DNA of 64,000 nt from an uncultured Clostridia bacterium (GCA_947631235.1 CANRKO010000003.1:5193-69192); one strand, 5' to 3'; shown: positions 29,329-40,969, counted from the first letter of the stretch. Translations and numbers: made by a program. The notes: generated by a model not told the origin, from the sequence alone.

Positions 29329-29688
29329 ATGATTAAAATGGTAGATAAGAAAGCGGCAAGAGTACGTCGTCATCAGAGAGTTAGAAAGAACATCTCCGGA
29401 ACGGCGGAAAGACCTCGTCTTAACGTATTCAGAAGTGCTAAGCACATATACGCGCAGGTGATTGACGATACAAAGGGCGTAACGCTCGTGGCTGCGTCAA
29501 GCATGGACAAGGATTTTAACGGATACGGCGGCAACGTAGACGGCGCAAAGGAAGTAGGCAAGAAGGTTGCCGAAAAGGCGCTCGCGGCGGGTATAAAGGC
29601 TGTAGTATTCGACAGAGGCGGATATGTATATCACGGCAGAGTTGCCGCTCTTGCGGAAGGCGCAAGAGAGGGCGGCTTGGAATTCTAA
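29329..29688 (+). CDS. rplR: 50S ribosomal protein L18
   Basis: [21 protein letters not shown]. Confidence 0.98.
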   Translation: MIKMVDKKAARVRRHQRVRKNISGTAERPRLNVFRSAKHIYAQVIDDTKGVTLVAASSMDKDFNGYGGNVDGAKEVGKKVAEKALAAGIKAVVFDRGGYVYHGRVAALAEGAREGGLEF

Positions 29689-29705
29689 GAAGGAGGACTA
29701 TTTAA

Positions 29706-30209
29706 GTGGCTGAAATATTTGATACGGAAGCTGTAGAGCTTGAAGAAAATGTTGTGGCTTTGAACCGTGTTGCCAAGACCGTTAAGGGCGGACGTACTAT
29801 GAGATTTACCGCGCTGGTCGTAGTAGGCGACAGAAACGGTCACGTAGGCTACGGACAGGGCAAGGCTGCCGAGATTCCCGACGCTATAAGAAAGGGTATC
29901 GACAGCGCCAAGAAGAATATGATAACTGTTCCTCTTGTGGGTACGACGATACCTCACGAGGTTATAGGCATACACGGCGCGGGCAAGGTTCTCTTAAAGC
30001 CTGCCTCACAGGGTACCGGAGTTATCGCGGGCGGCGCGGCGCGTGCCGTACTGGAGCTTGCGGGAATTAAGGACATCCGCGCAAAGAGCTTACGCTCGAA
30101 CAACAAGAGAAACGTAGTCAGCGCTACGGTTCAGGGACTTGCGGAGCTTAAGGAGCTTAACGAGGTCGCGAGACTTCGCGGCAAGAACCCCGAAGAAATC
30201 AGAGGTTAA
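29706..30209 (+). CDS. rpsE: 30S ribosomal protein S5
   Basis: [18 protein letters not shown]. Confidence 0.98.
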   Translation: MAEIFDTEAVELEENVVALNRVAKTVKGGRTMRFTALVVVGDRNGHVGYGQGKAAEIPDAIRKGIDSAKKNMITVPLVGTTIPHEVIGIHGAGKVLLKPASQGTGVIAGGAARAVLELAGIKDIRAKSLRSNNKRNVVSATVQGLAELKELNEVARLRGKNPEEIRG

Positions 30210-30223
30210 GGAGGGCGCGCATA

Positions 30224-30403
30224 ATGGCTAAGCTTAAGATTACTTTAGTCAGAAGCACAATCGGCAGAAAAAAGGATCAAATCGCGACGGTTGAGGCTCT
30301 CGGACTTAAGAAGATAAGAAGTGTTGTTGAACATAACGACACACCTCAGATAAGAGGTATGGTAAACAAGGTTTCGCACCTTGTAACAGTTGAAGAAGTT
30401 TAA
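30224..30403 (+). CDS. rpmD: 50S ribosomal protein L30
   Basis: Manual translation [39 protein letters not shown] (59 aa; below the ORF-track cutoff). Confidence 0.96.
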   Translation: MAKLKITLVRSTIGRKKDQIATVEALGLKKIRSVVEHNDTPQIRGMVNKVSHLVTVEEV

Positions 30404-30423
30404 TACAAGGAGGTGCGGCAATA

Positions 30424-30864
30424 ATGAACTTAAACGAACTCAAGCCCGCCGAGGGCTCAAAGTTCGCTCCCAAGAGAGTGGGCAGAGGTATCGGCAGCGG
30501 CACAGGCAAGACTTCGGGTAAGGGTCACAAGGGTCAGAACGCCCGCAGCGGCGGCGGTGTAAGACCGGGCTTTGAAGGCGGACAGATGCCCCTTTACAGA
30601 CGACTTCCGAAGCGCGGCTTTAAGAATATATTTGCTAAGCAGTATGTAGCCGTAAACGTCGAGGAACTTAACAAGCTTGACGACGGTACGGAGGTAACGG
30701 CTGAGGTACTCAAGGAGAACGGTATCATCAGCAAGACCCTCGACGGCGTTAAAATCCTCGGCAGAGGCGAGCTCACAAAGAAACTTACCGTTAAGGTGGC
30801 AAAGATGAGCGCGTCCGCGAAGGAAAAAATAGAAAAGGCGGGCGGAAAGGCAGAGGTGATGTAA
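30424..30864 (+). CDS. rplO: 50S ribosomal protein L15
   Basis: [16 protein letters not shown]. Confidence 0.98.
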   Translation: MNLNELKPAEGSKFAPKRVGRGIGSGTGKTSGKGHKGQNARSGGGVRPGFEGGQMPLYRRLPKRGFKNIFAKQYVAVNVEELNKLDDGTEVTAEVLKENGIISKTLDGVKILGRGELTKKLTVKVAKMSASAKEKIEKAGGKAEVM

Positions 30865-30865
30865 A

Positions 30866-32203
30866 GTGTTGCAGACACTCAGAAACGCATGGAAAATCCC
30901 TGACTTAAGACGCAGAATTTTATTTACACTTATGATGCTTGTCGTATTCAGATTTGGTGCGCATATCCCCGTGCCGTTTCTTGAACCGCAGGCGATGCAG
31001 AGCTTTCTCGGCGCGGGCGGCACAGACCTGTTCAGCCTGTTCGATATATTCACGGGCGGCGCGTTCTCGAACGCGACGGTTATGGCAATGGGTGTGTCAC
31101 CGTACATTAACGCGTCGATTATCGTTCAGCTTTTGACGGTGGCGATACCGTCGCTCGAACGTCTCGCAAAGGAAGGCGTTGAAGGCAGAAAGAAGATAAA
31201 CAAAATCACGAGATACCTCGGTATCGCGCTCGCGTTTATACAGGGCGCGGGACTGTACGTGACGCTTTGGAACATGGGCGTAAACAGCGGCACGACCGTT
31301 ATCCAGAACGCGGGCGTACTCACGTTCTTCACGATAGTGCTCACGTTCACGGCAGGTACGGCGTTTATCATCTGGCTCGGTGAGCTTATAACGGAAAAGG
31401 GTCTTGGCAACGGCGTATCGCTTATCATCTTCGCCGGTATCGTTTCGAGAATTCCTTCGGCTGCTTACAGCGTATATATCCAGAATATAGGCGGCGGCAT
31501 TTCGACAAGCGGCGTTATAACGGTTGCGGCGATAATCGTTGTAGCGATAGCCGCGATAGCGTTCGTTGTATTCTTCTCGGACGCGGAGCGCAGAATACCC
31601 GTTCAGTACGCAAAGCGCGTTGTCGGACGTAAGATGTACGGCGGACAGAGCACGAACATTCCTATCAAGGTAGCTGCGGGCGGCGTTATGCCTATCATCT
31701 TCGCATCGTCGATTATGGCGTTCCCCGCGACGATAGTAAGACTTGTAAGCGGCGGCAACCTGCCCTCATCGGGACTGGGCTATTACGTCCTCGGCTGCCT
31801 GAGCGCGGGCTTTGCGTCGGAATGGTGGACGAGTTTGGTATACGCGATACTGTACGCGCTACTGATACTCTTCTTCACCTACTTCTATTCGTCGATCCAG
31901 TTCAATCCGATTGAGATTGCGAACAACATGAAGAAGAGCGGCGGTTATATCCCCGGTATCAGACCGGGCAGACCGACGAGCGAGTATATAGGTAAAATCT
32001 CATCGAGACTTAATCTTATCGGCGCGTTCTTCCTCGCGATTGTCGCGATACTGCCGGTAATCGTGGGCGCGATATTCCCGAATATGCGCAGCCTGCAGAT
32101 AGGCGGTACTTCGCTCCTGATTATGGAAGGCGTTGCGCTTGAAACGGTAAGACAGATAGAGTCACAAATGACTATGAGACATTATAAGGGCTTTTTGGAA
32201 TAA
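30866..32203 (+). CDS. secY: Preprotein translocase subunit SecY
   Basis: Multiple TMs; PYINASII, IPGIRPG, GGTSLLI. Confidence 0.98.
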   Translation: MLQTLRNAWKIPDLRRRILFTLMMLVVFRFGAHIPVPFLEPQAMQSFLGAGGTDLFSLFDIFTGGAFSNATVMAMGVSPYINASIIVQLLTVAIPSLERLAKEGVEGRKKINKITRYLGIALAFIQGAGLYVTLWNMGVNSGTTVIQNAGVLTFFTIVLTFTAGTAFIIWLGELITEKGLGNGVSLIIFAGIVSRIPSAAYSVYIQNIGGGISTSGVITVAAIIVVAIAAIAFVVFFSDAERRIPVQYAKRVVGRKMYGGQSTNIPIKVAAGGVMPIIFASSIMAFPATIVRLVSGGNLPSSGLGYYVLGCLSAGFASEWWTSLVYAILYALLILFFTYFYSSIQFNPIEIANNMKKSGGYIPGIRPGRPTSEYIGKISSRLNLIGAFFLAIVAILPVIVGAIFPNMRSLQIGGTSLLIMEGVALETVRQIESQMTMRHYKGFLE

Positions 32204-32237
32204 GAAACAATAGACTGCAGAAAGGCGGGAACAGGTT

Positions 32238-32873
32238 ATGAATTTGGTACTGATGGGACCTCCGGGAGCGGGCAAAGGCACTCAGGGCGAGATTTTATCG
32301 AAACGTCTGGGCATTGATACTATTTCAACCGGAGTTATGCTGAGAAACGCTATCAAGGAGCAGACCGAGGTCGGTAAACTTGCGGAAGGTTATATCAACG
32401 AGGGCAAGCTTGTTCCCGACGACGTAATCGTGGCGATTGTCAAGGACAGACTTGCAAAGCCCGACTGCGAGAAGGGCTTTATCCTTGACGGATTTCCGCG
32501 CACGACCGCGCAGGCGGAGGCGCTCACGGCGTCGGGCGTTAAAATCGACAAGGTTTTATCGCTCGAGGTTGATGACGACGTTATAGTCGAGAGACTTTCG
32601 TCGAGACGCGAGTGTTCAAAGTGCGGCGCGCCGTACAGCGTGCTTTTCAATAAGCCCGCTGTGGAGGGCAAGTGCGACAAGTGCGGCGGCGAGCTTATCC
32701 GGCGCGCCGACGATAACCCCGAAACGATAAAGAACCGTCTGAACGTTTACCACGAGCAGACGGAGCCGATAAAGGATTACTACGCGAAAGCCGGACTTCT
32801 TGTTACGGCGTCGGGAGCGGATAAGGTCGAGGACACGACAAAGAACGTTCTCGCGGCTCTCGGTATCGAATAA
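32238..32873 (+). CDS. adk: Adenylate kinase
   Basis: GPPGAGKGT, LDGFPR, Zn lid. Confidence 0.97.
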   Translation: MNLVLMGPPGAGKGTQGEILSKRLGIDTISTGVMLRNAIKEQTEVGKLAEGYINEGKLVPDDVIVAIVKDRLAKPDCEKGFILDGFPRTTAQAEALTASGVKIDKVLSLEVDDDVIVERLSSRRECSKCGAPYSVLFNKPAVEGKCDKCGGELIRRADDNPETIKNRLNVYHEQTEPIKDYYAKAGLLVTASGADKVEDTTKNVLAALGIE

Positions 32874-32890
32874 GTGAGGGGACGGTCGGT

Positions 32891-33637
32891 ATGATTACCA
32901 TAAAATCAGCCAAACAGGTTGAAAAAATGCGCTTATCGGCAAAGATTGCGAAGGGCGCGGTTGACCTCATAGAAAAGGCTGTAAAGCCAGGCGTTTCGAC
33001 CGCGTACCTCGACAAGATAGCGCATGACTATATCGTGTCGAAGGGCGCGAAGCCGAACTTCCTCAACTACAACGGTTTCCCGGGCAGCATATGCGCGTCG
33101 GTAAACGATGAGGTCGTCCACGGAATACCGTCAAAGCACGTCATTCTTCAGGAAGGCGACATTATAAGCATCGACATGGGTGCGGTACTTGACGGCTGGC
33201 ACAGCGATATGGCAAGGACTTTCGGGGTCGGTAAGATTTCACCGGAGGCGCAGCAGCTTATAGACGTTACCAAGCAAAGCTTTTTTGAGGGATTGAAATT
33301 CCTGAAACACGGAGCAAGGCTCGGCGACGTATCGCACGCGATACAGGAATATGCCGAAAGCTACGGCTACGGCGTGGTGCGCGACCTTGTGGGTCACGGA
33401 ATAGGTCAGTCGCTGCACGAGGATCCGAACGTGCCGAATTTCGGCAAAGCGGGTCACGGCGTAAAGCTTGCCGCGGGTATGACGCTCGCGATAGAGCCGA
33501 TGATAACCGCCGGCGGCTACAAGGTTGCCTTGCTCGACAACGACTGGACGGTTGTCACCGATGACGGAAGTCTGGCGGCGCATTACGAAAATACCGTACT
33601 GATTACCAAAGACGGTTACGAAATATTGACGTTATAG
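32891..33637 (+). CDS. map: Methionine aminopeptidase type I
   Basis: VVHGIP, GHGIG, EPMI, HYENT. Confidence 0.97.
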   Translation: MITIKSAKQVEKMRLSAKIAKGAVDLIEKAVKPGVSTAYLDKIAHDYIVSKGAKPNFLNYNGFPGSICASVNDEVVHGIPSKHVILQEGDIISIDMGAVLDGWHSDMARTFGVGKISPEAQQLIDVTKQSFFEGLKFLKHGARLGDVSHAIQEYAESYGYGVVRDLVGHGIGQSLHEDPNVPNFGKAGHGVKLAAGMTLAIEPMITAGGYKVALLDNDWTVVTDDGSLAAHYENTVLITKDGYEILTL

Positions 33638-33647
33638 GGGTGATGGT

Positions 33648-33911
33648 ATGGAGGTTTCTGCGGGAATGGTAGTCCGTTCCATAGCCGGACGGGACAAGGG
33701 CGATTTGTTCATAGTTATCTCGCGCGAGGGCGATTACGCTTACCTCGCGAACGGGGAACTGAGAAAGGTAGACCGCCCGAAAAAGAAAAAGCTGAAACAC
33801 CTTCAGCCGAGCCGTACCGTTTCGGAGTTTATAAAGAACAAGCTTGAAACGGCGGGCAAGGTTACAAATTCGGAGGTGCGCAAAGCGCTGTCGGAGTATG
33901 ACGAGAGTTAA
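33648..33911 (+). CDS. KOW-domain RNA-binding protein (L14e-like)
   Basis: [17 protein letters not shown]; conserved position before infA. Confidence 0.88.
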   Translation: MEVSAGMVVRSIAGRDKGDLFIVISREGDYAYLANGELRKVDRPKKKKLKHLQPSRTVSEFIKNKLETAGKVTNSEVRKALSEYDES

Positions 33912-33927
33912 GGTAGGAGGATATAAC

Positions 33928-34146
33928 TTGGCTAAGGAAGATGTATTGGAACTGGAAGGCACGGTTGTTGAGAACCTGCCTAACGCAATGTTTAAGGTAG
34001 AGCTTGAAAACGGACATCAGGTGCTGGCGCACATTTCGGGCAAGCTCAGAATGAACTTTATAAAGATTTTACCGGGTGACAAGGTTACGCTCGAAATGAG
34101 CCCGTATGACCTCACAAGAGGACGTATCACCTGGAGAAGTAAATAG
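33928..34146 (+). CDS. infA: Translation initiation factor IF-1
   Basis: TTG start after AGGAGG; [18 protein letters not shown]. Confidence 0.97.
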   Translation: MAKEDVLELEGTVVENLPNAMFKVELENGHQVLAHISGKLRMNFIKILPGDKVTLEMSPYDLTRGRITWRSK

Positions 34147-34160
34147 GGAGGTATACGGAA

Positions 34161-34274
34161 ATGAAAGTACGTCCGTCGGTTAAACCGATTTGCGAAAAAT
34201 GCAAGATAATTAAGAGAAAAGGCAAGATAATGATCATATGCGAAAACCCGAAACATAAACAGAAACAGGGTTAA
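34161..34274 (+). CDS. rpmJ: 50S ribosomal protein L36
   Basis: [26 protein letters not shown] (37 aa). Confidence 0.97.
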   Translation: MKVRPSVKPICEKCKIIKRKGKIMIICENPKHKQKQG

Positions 34275-34423
34275 AGCATATTTACAAATTTGTTTATGAC
34301 TTGTTCAGGCGCGGCTGGTTTTGCGGAACCGACTTGCCAAGGGGAAACAAAACAGCTTGAACGGGTTTTAATAGCAACACTAAAAATTTTTTGATGATAT
34401 CTTTTATGGAGGTGTAGAAAAGT

Positions 34424-34792
34424 ATGGCAAGAATAGCAGGTGTTGACTTACCAAGAGAAAAGAGAGTTGAAGTTGGTCTTACCTATATATACGGTATTGG
34501 TCTTAAGAGTTCTCAGAAAATCCTTGATAAGACAGGCATAAATCCCGACACGAGAGTTAAGGATTTAACGGAAACAGACGTAAGTAAGCTCCGTGAGGTT
34601 ATAGACGCCGAGTACACGGTTGAGGGTGATCTCCGCCGTCAGGTAGCGCTCGACATCAAGCGCCTTATGGAAATCGGATGCTACAGAGGTATCCGTCACA
34701 GAAAGGGTCTGCCGGTAAGAGGACAGAACACGAAGAACAATGCGAGAACCCGCAAGGGTCCTGCAAGGACTATCGCGGGCAAGAAGAAATAA
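34424..34792 (+). CDS. rpsM: 30S ribosomal protein S13
   Basis: [16 protein letters not shown]. Confidence 0.98.
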   Translation: MARIAGVDLPREKRVEVGLTYIYGIGLKSSQKILDKTGINPDTRVKDLTETDVSKLREVIDAEYTVEGDLRRQVALDIKRLMEIGCYRGIRHRKGLPVRGQNTKNNARTRKGPARTIAGKKK

Positions 34793-34813
34793 TATAAAGG
34801 AGGGACTAACCGA

Positions 34814-35212
34814 ATGGCTAAGGTAGCAAAGAGAACGACAAGAACAAGACGTCGTGACAGAAAGAATGTTGAAAAGGGCGCTGCTCATATCAGTTCAACC
34901 TTTAACAATACAATAATCACAATCACCGATACGGCGGGCAACGCAATATCGTGGGCGAGCGCAGGCGGTTTAGGTTTCCGCGGCTCGAGAAAGAGTACTC
35001 CGTTCGCGGCGCAGACCGCTGCCGAAACAGCGGCAAAGGCTGCTATGGAGCACGGCATGAAAACAGTTGAGGTATACGTAAAAGGTCCCGGCGCGGGACG
35101 TGAGGCGGCTATAAGAGCGCTGCAGGCGACAGGTCTCGACGTTACGATGATCAAGGACGTAACGCCCATTCCTCATAACGGATGCAGACCTCCGAAACGC
35201 AGAAGAGTCTGA
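34814..35212 (+). CDS. rpsK: 30S ribosomal protein S11
   Basis: [14 protein letters not shown]. Confidence 0.98.
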   Translation: MAKVAKRTTRTRRRDRKNVEKGAAHISSTFNNTIITITDTAGNAISWASAGGLGFRGSRKSTPFAAQTAAETAAKAAMEHGMKTVEVYVKGPGAGREAAIRALQATGLDVTMIKDVTPIPHNGCRPPKRRRV

Positions 35213-35244
35213 TTGGTATTATTGTAGAAGGAGGAAACAATAAA

Positions 35245-35838
35245 ATGGCAGTTAATAAACAACCCGTTTTAAAGAGATGCAGAACATTGGGTATAAATCC
35301 GCCGACGATGGGTATAGACAAGAAGTCTAACAGAAACCCGAAACAGACGAGAAGAAAGCAGTCCGAGTACGGCTTGCAGCTCAATGAAAAGCAGAAGGTT
35401 AAGTTTATATACGGTGTGCTTGAAAAGCAGTTCCGCAAGTACTATGTAATGGCGACAAAGAGACAGGGCATAACAGGTGAAATGCTCCTTCAAATTCTGG
35501 AGTCAAGACTTGACAACGTAGTATACAGATTAGGTTTGGCGAACACGAGACGCGAGGCAAGACAGATCGTTAACCACGCTCACATCACGGTAAACGGCAA
35601 GAAGGTTGATATTCCTTCATATCTTGTCAAGGCGGGCGACGTAATCGCCGTAAAGGAGAAAAGCAAGAACTCTGCGAGAATAAAGGAAATCGTTGAAACC
35701 AACGCCAACAGAGTAATCCCCAAGTGGCTTTCGATGGACAAGGACACTCTCACAAGCAAGGTTATAACTCTCGCCGAGAGAGACGACATCGACTATGAGG
35801 TTGAAGAGCAGCGTATTGTCGAGCTTTATTCTAAGTAA
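35245..35838 (+). CDS. rpsD: 30S ribosomal protein S4
   Basis: SEYGLQLNEKQK, LESRLDNVVYR, VELYSK. Confidence 0.97.
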   Translation: MAVNKQPVLKRCRTLGINPPTMGIDKKSNRNPKQTRRKQSEYGLQLNEKQKVKFIYGVLEKQFRKYYVMATKRQGITGEMLLQILESRLDNVVYRLGLANTRREARQIVNHAHITVNGKKVDIPSYLVKAGDVIAVKEKSKNSARIKEIVETNANRVIPKWLSMDKDTLTSKVITLAERDDIDYEVEEQRIVELYSK

Positions 35839-35941
35839 TAGCATATTACTGTTTCGCCTTCTTCGCGCAATGCGAACGGGCGGAACGGTACCCTCGGTAA
35901 GTGGATATAATATGTAAATTTGAAATTAGGAGGGTTCTTAA

Positions 35942-36892
35942 ATGATAGAAATGGAAAAGCCTAATATAGAATGCGTTGAAATGAGCGACGACGGCAGATA
36001 CGGCAAATTCGTGGTATCGCCTCTTGAACGCGGCTACGGCACGACGCTCGGCAATTCTCTTCGGAGAATATTACTTTCCTCATTGCCCGGCTCGGCTGCG
36101 ACCTCGGTTAAGATTGACGGCGTGCAGCATGAGTTTTCCACCGTCCCCGGTGTTACGGAAGATGTTACGGAACTTATTCTGAACATAAAGAAACTCGCCC
36201 TTAAAATACACGGCGACCTTCCCAAAACCGTATACATCGAGGCAAAGGGCGCGCAGGAAATAAAGGCGGGCGATATAAAGCGCGACGATGACGTCGAGAT
36301 ATTCAATCCCGACCTTCACATCGCGACGCTGAACGATGACGCAAACCTTTACATGGAAATCACTCTTTCAAAGGGCAGAGGCTATGTCGGCGCGGACAGG
36401 AATAAGCAGGACATGCAGCCCGTTATCGGAGTTATTCCCGTGGATTCTATCTATACTCCTGTAACAAAGGTAAACTACACGGTTGAAAATACACGTGTCG
36501 GTCAATATACGGATAGAGAAGAATTGGCGGTTGAGGTGTGGACGAACGGTACGATAAAGCCCGACGAGGCCGTATCGCTCGCCGCGAAGATTATGAACGA
36601 CCTTCTCTCGCTCTTCGTCGATCTTTCGGACGACGCAAAGAACGCCGAAATCATCGTTGAGAAGGAGGAGAACAAGAAGGAGAAGGTTCTCGAAATGACC
36701 ATCGAGGAACTCGACCTTTCGGTTCGTTCGTACAACTGCTTAAAGCGCGCAGGTATCAACACGGTCGAGGATCTTACGAACAAGTCCGAGGAGGACATGA
36801 TGAAGGTAAGAAACCTCGGAAGAAAGTCGCTTGAAGAAGTCATAAACAAATTGAACGGTTTAGGTCTTTACTTAAAGAAAGAGGAAGATTAA
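35942..36892 (+). CDS. rpoA: RNA polymerase alpha subunit
   Basis: [31 protein letters not shown]. Confidence 0.99.
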   Translation: MIEMEKPNIECVEMSDDGRYGKFVVSPLERGYGTTLGNSLRRILLSSLPGSAATSVKIDGVQHEFSTVPGVTEDVTELILNIKKLALKIHGDLPKTVYIEAKGAQEIKAGDIKRDDDVEIFNPDLHIATLNDDANLYMEITLSKGRGYVGADRNKQDMQPVIGVIPVDSIYTPVTKVNYTVENTRVGQYTDREELAVEVWTNGTIKPDEAVSLAAKIMNDLLSLFVDLSDDAKNAEIIVEKEENKKEKVLEMTIEELDLSVRSYNCLKRAGINTVEDLTNKSEEDMMKVRNLGRKSLEEVINKLNGLGLYLKKEED

Positions 36893-36920
36893 TAACCGAT
36901 ACTGATTAGGAGGTACAATT

Positions 36921-37265
36921 ATGCCGGGAACAAGAAAGTTAGGCAGACCTACCGACCAGAGAAAGGCTATGCTGCGAAATCTCGTAACGAGCTTCCTCGA
37001 CAACGGTAGGATTGAAACCACCGAGACGAGAGCCAAGGAAACACAGAGTTTGGCTGAAAAGATGATTACTCTCGGTAAGAAGAATACATTGCACTCGCGC
37101 CGTCAGGCTTTGGAGTTCATCACCAGTGAGGACGTTGTAACAAAGGTTTTCTCTGAAATTGCTCCCAAGTACGCTGACAGAAACGGCGGTTACACGAGAA
37201 TTTACAAGCTCGGACCCCGCCGCGGCGACAGCGCTCCCATGGCGCTCTTAGAGCTTGTAGACTGA
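36921..37265 (+). CDS. rplQ: 50S ribosomal protein L17
   Basis: [17 protein letters not shown]. Confidence 0.98.
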   Translation: MPGTRKLGRPTDQRKAMLRNLVTSFLDNGRIETTETRAKETQSLAEKMITLGKKNTLHSRRQALEFITSEDVVTKVFSEIAPKYADRNGGYTRIYKLGPRRGDSAPMALLELVD

Positions 37266-37269
37266 CAAT

Positions 37270-37302
37270 AAAAAAACTCCGGCTTTATGCCGGAGTTTTT
37301 TT
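37270..37302. terminator. Bidirectional terminator
   Basis: AAAAAAACTCCGGC-ttat-GCCGGAGTTTTTT. Confidence 0.8.
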
Positions 37303-37310
37303 GTTTGGGT

Positions 37311-38153
37311 TTATTTCGCTTTTTTAAGCTGTTCGAGGTTAAAGCGCATGACCGTTTCGTAGTCGCGGTTTTCGTTGTCGCCCTCGAACGCGTAAAGTTC
37401 GGCAGTCTCTATGCCCGCCTCACGCGCCGCGCTCTTTGCCAGCTTGTCGCCGTCTATCGGGTCGTAGAAAACGTATTTCGCGCCCTTATCCTTTATACTC
37501 CGCACCACCTCGGCAAGCTGCGCGGGCGACGGGTCGCCGCCGGTAACCGAGTCTATCGGTAAATAATTCATAACCGTTTCATAGCACAGTGCGCGGTAAG
37601 CGTCGTGCGCCGTTGCAAGCGGCACTGCCGTAAGTTCTGCCGCGTCGTACTCCGCTTTGAGAGCGTCAAGCTTTGCCGTGTAATCGTTCAGACGGCCAGA
37701 ATATTTTGCGTCGTTTTCATCGTTTTCGTCGACTGCCGAAAGAGCCTTGCACACCGTCTCAAGTTCACCCTCCGCGTTTTGCAGGCTGAGCCACGTGTGC
37801 GCGTCACCCTTGGCGATAGTGTCCGCGTCCGACAAACGCACCTTCATAACGCTGTCGGGGAGCGTTTCGGCGATTTTTTCAGCCCACGCGTCCGTGCCGT
37901 TGCCGTGGTAGAGGAACACGTCCGATTCGCTTATTTTCGCCATGTCGGCAGCCGTTGGCTCGAACCCGTGCGGCTCCGCGCCGGAACGCACTACGGCGTT
38001 TAGGTTGATGTCGTCACCGCCTATCGTCCGCGCAAAGTCGTACACGGGGTAGAACGACGCGTAAACATCGATTTTACCGTTGTCCTCCGCCGTTTGACCC
38101 CCGCATGACGCGAGCATTATTAGCGCGGTCGTTAATAAGAGTATTTTTTTCAT
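37311..38153 (-). CDS. Metal (Zn/Mn) ABC transporter substrate-binding lipoprotein (ZnuA/AdcA-like)
   Basis: Lipobox LASC, EPHGFEPT, AHTWLS, HDAY, PSPAQL. Confidence 0.85.
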   Translation of the reverse strand: MKKILLLTTALIMLASCGGQTAEDNGKIDVYASFYPVYDFARTIGGDDINLNAVVRSGAEPHGFEPTAADMAKISESDVFLYHGNGTDAWAEKIAETLPDSVMKVRLSDADTIAKGDAHTWLSLQNAEGELETVCKALSAVDENDENDAKYSGRLNDYTAKLDALKAEYDAAELTAVPLATAHDAYRALCYETVMNYLPIDSVTGGDPSPAQLAEVVRSIKDKGAKYVFYDPIDGDKLAKSAAREAGIETAELYAFEGDNENRDYETVMRFNLEQLKKAK

Positions 38154-38213
38154 CGTTATATCCTTTCCTTGTGCGAGAATTGTGATGTGGTGGTGTATCG
38201 CAATTCGGCGCAC

Positions 38214-38332
38214 AAACCCCTCCGACGCCTTCGGCGCCACCTCCCCTAGTAGGGGAGGCTCACGATATGCGGCGCTCACCGTATGGCTCCCCTACTAGGG
38301 GAGCTGTCACACGTAGTGTGACTGAGGGGTTT
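38214..38332. repeat. Family B repeat
   Basis: Matches 4862-4960 in reverse orientation. Confidence 0.9.
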
Positions 38333-38350
38333 ATTGCGCTAAATCATAAT

Positions 38351-40969
38351 TTACTTCGCATCATACCAGCTATGTCCCACGGAAATATCTGCCTTAAGCG
38401 GCACGCGCATATCCGCCGCGCCCTGCATTTCTTCGAGCAATATACGCTTTACCTCGTCCACCTCGTCCTTATGCGCCTCGACGATAAGCTCGTCATGCAC
38501 CTGAAGAATCAGCCGCGACCTTAACCCCTCGCTTATGAGCCGCCTGTCCACGCGCACCATCGCAAGCTTTATAATATCAGCAGCGCTGCCCTGAATGGGG
38601 GTATTGAGCGCGACGCGCTCGCCGAACTGGCGCACATTGTAATTTGGCGACTTCAATTCCGGTATATACCGTATGCGGTTCATCATCGTCTTAACGTACC
38701 CGTCCTTTTTCGCGCGTTCCTTGATCTCCGTCATGTAATTGCGCACGCCGTGGTACTTTTCGAGGTAGCCGTCTATATACGCCTTCGCTTCTTTTACGCT
38801 TATATGCAAATCCTGCGCGAGCGAGAACTCGCCGATACCGTACACGATGCCGAAATTGACCGCCTTTGCGCTCGAACGCTGCTCCTTTGTCACCGCGTCA
38901 AGCGGTATACCAAGCACCTGCGACGCCGTAACGGCGTGAATGTCCTCGCCGTTTTTGAACGCGTTTATCATCGTTTCGTCGTTCGCTATATGCGCAAGCA
39001 CTCTAAGCTCGATCTGCGAGTAGTCCGCGTCCACAAGCACGTAGCCGTCCTTCGCGATGAACATTTTTCGTATCTCACGGCCGAGAGCCGTCCTCGTCGG
39101 GATATTCTGCAAATTCGGCTCGGTCGACGAAAGCCTGCCCGTGACCGTCACCGTCTGCGTGAACACCGAATGTATACGGTGCGTTTCTGGGTTTACGACC
39201 GCCGCCAGACCGTCGCAGTACGTGCTTTTCAGCTTTGTCAGGCTGCGGTACTCCAAAATCATGTCTATAATCGGGTGGTGAAGCTTTTCGAGCGCGTCCG
39301 CGTTTGTGGAGTAGCCCGTTCTCGTCTTTTTCACCGGCTTTAAACCAAGCTTTTCATACAGTATAACGCCGAGTTGTTTCGGTGAATTTATGTTGAACGT
39401 CTCGCCCGCCGTTTCGTAAATCATGGCTGTAACCGTGTCGATCTGTGCGCCGAGCGACGCGGCGAACTCACGCAGCTGCTTATCGTCCACGAGGAAACCG
39501 TTTATTTCAAGATGAGCGAGTACCTCGACAAGCGGCAGTTCCACATCTCTGTAAAGCTTTGTCTGACCGTTTTCCTCCATCTTTTTCGCGATACGCTCGT
39601 TGAGTGCGCCGAGCGCGACAGCACATTTCGCGAGATACTCCTCGCGTCCCGCGTCGTCCTCGTCGAGCAGCGACAACTGCTTTGCCTCGGGCTTTTCTAT
39701 CTCCGCGCCGAAATACTCCTCGGCGAGCGACTCTATTGTATACTTGTTCCGCGCCGGGTCGACGAGATACGCGCCTATCGCCGTATCGTCCGCGATGCCG
39801 TTTATCTGCATGCGTCCGTGAAGGCGCACCATGGCCTCCTTTATATCGAACGTGATTTTTTTTATATTTTCATCCTCCAAAAACGGCTTGACCCTGTCCG
39901 TAATATCCGCGCCCACAATAACGAACGCCTTTTTACCCGCCGCCGCAGCCATAGCCGTAACACACGCGCCGTCCGTTTCAAGCACGACCGCAGCCGCATT
40001 GCCGATAATACCGACCGACGCCGTGCTGTCAACGACCTCAAACGTCATACCGTCGAAAATATCCTCTTCTTCCGTCACGACCGCGCCGCTTTGGGGAGTT
40101 AGGCTCATTTTCTTTATGACGCTGTTGAGATCCAGACCGTGCAGGATATTGTAAAGCTCCGCGCCGTTGCCGTAACCGTTCCACGCGCACGCGTCAAAAT
40201 CAAGTTCAATCGGCACGTCGCGCACGATCGTAGCAAGCTCCTTCGACAGAAACGCCATATCCCTACCGTCCTTCATCTTCTGCAGCGCCGCGCCTTTGAG
40301 ACCTATATTGTCAATATTTTCATATATATACTCTACCGAATGAAATCTTTCTATAAGACTCATCGCCGTCTTTTCGCCTATGCCCTTAACGCCGGGAATA
40401 TTGTCCGACGCGTCGCCCATAAGCGCCTTAACGTCGATAAACTCCGTCGGCGTAACGTGGTAACGCTCCCTGACGGCGGTCTCGTCGTACACAGTCGTCT
40501 CGTTGTAGCCTTGCTTTGATACGGTCAGAATAACCTTCGTCTTATCGCTCACAAGCTGCAAATCGTCCTTGTCGCCCGTGGCGATAAAGCACTCAACGCC
40601 GCTTTCCTCACAAATCCGCGCGACCGTGCCTATAACGTCGTCCGCCTCATAACCCTCTTTTTCGAGAATTGTGACGTTCATCGCGCGCAGTATATCCTTC
40701 GCAATCGGCATCTGCGTCGCCAGATCCTCCGGCATGGGCTTGCGCTGCGCCTTGTAGCCGTCGTAACGCAAATGGCGGAACGTCGGGGCTTTAAGGTCGA
40801 ACGCCGCGCATACGCAGTCGGGCTGCTGCTCGGTTATGAGCTTTATCAGAATATTAAGAAAGCCGTACACCGCGTTTGTCGGCGTGCCGTCTTTTGCAGA
40901 TAAGTACCGCACGCCGTAAAACGCACGGTTCAGTATACTGTTCGAGTCCAAAATCAATAATTTTTTCAT
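38351..40969 (-). CDS. polA: DNA polymerase I
   Basis: 5'-3' exonuclease (EADD, GDASDNIPGV) plus polymerase (TGRLSS, DYSQIELR, AKAVNFGIVYG, LQVHDEL). Confidence 0.98.
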   Translation of the reverse strand: MKKLLILDSNSILNRAFYGVRYLSAKDGTPTNAVYGFLNILIKLITEQQPDCVCAAFDLKAPTFRHLRYDGYKAQRKPMPEDLATQMPIAKDILRAMNVTILEKEGYEADDVIGTVARICEESGVECFIATGDKDDLQLVSDKTKVILTVSKQGYNETTVYDETAVRERYHVTPTEFIDVKALMGDASDNIPGVKGIGEKTAMSLIERFHSVEYIYENIDNIGLKGAALQKMKDGRDMAFLSKELATIVRDVPIELDFDACAWNGYGNGAELYNILHGLDLNSVIKKMSLTPQSGAVVTEEEDIFDGMTFEVVDSTASVGIIGNAAAVVLETDGACVTAMAAAAGKKAFVIVGADITDRVKPFLEDENIKKITFDIKEAMVRLHGRMQINGIADDTAIGAYLVDPARNKYTIESLAEEYFGAEIEKPEAKQLSLLDEDDAGREEYLAKCAVALGALNERIAKKMEENGQTKLYRDVELPLVEVLAHLEINGFLVDDKQLREFAASLGAQIDTVTAMIYETAGETFNINSPKQLGVILYEKLGLKPVKKTRTGYSTNADALEKLHHPIIDMILEYRSLTKLKSTYCDGLAAVVNPETHRIHSVFTQTVTVTGRLSSTEPNLQNIPTRTALGREIRKMFIAKDGYVLVDADYSQIELRVLAHIANDETMINAFKNGEDIHAVTASQVLGIPLDAVTKEQRSSAKAVNFGIVYGIGEFSLAQDLHISVKEAKAYIDGYLEKYHGVRNYMTEIKERAKKDGYVKTMMNRIRYIPELKSPNYNVRQFGERVALNTPIQGSAADIIKLAMVRVDRRLISEGLRSRLILQVHDELIVEAHKDEVDEVKRILLEEMQGAADMRVPLKADISVGHSWYDAK

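Noticed and set aside
34275-34423. Hairpins in the rpmJ-rpsM and rpsD-rpoA spacers as novel RNAs
   Set aside because: Spacers of this size with a stem are common in Clostridia alpha operons; nothing distinctive could be supported
37311-38279. Extended N-termini of track ORFs (znuA-like from 38279, znuC-like from 47639, orphan from 14236, rpsD from 35182)
   Set aside because: Extensions run through repeats, promoter DNA or the upstream gene; downstream ATGs have proper RBSs
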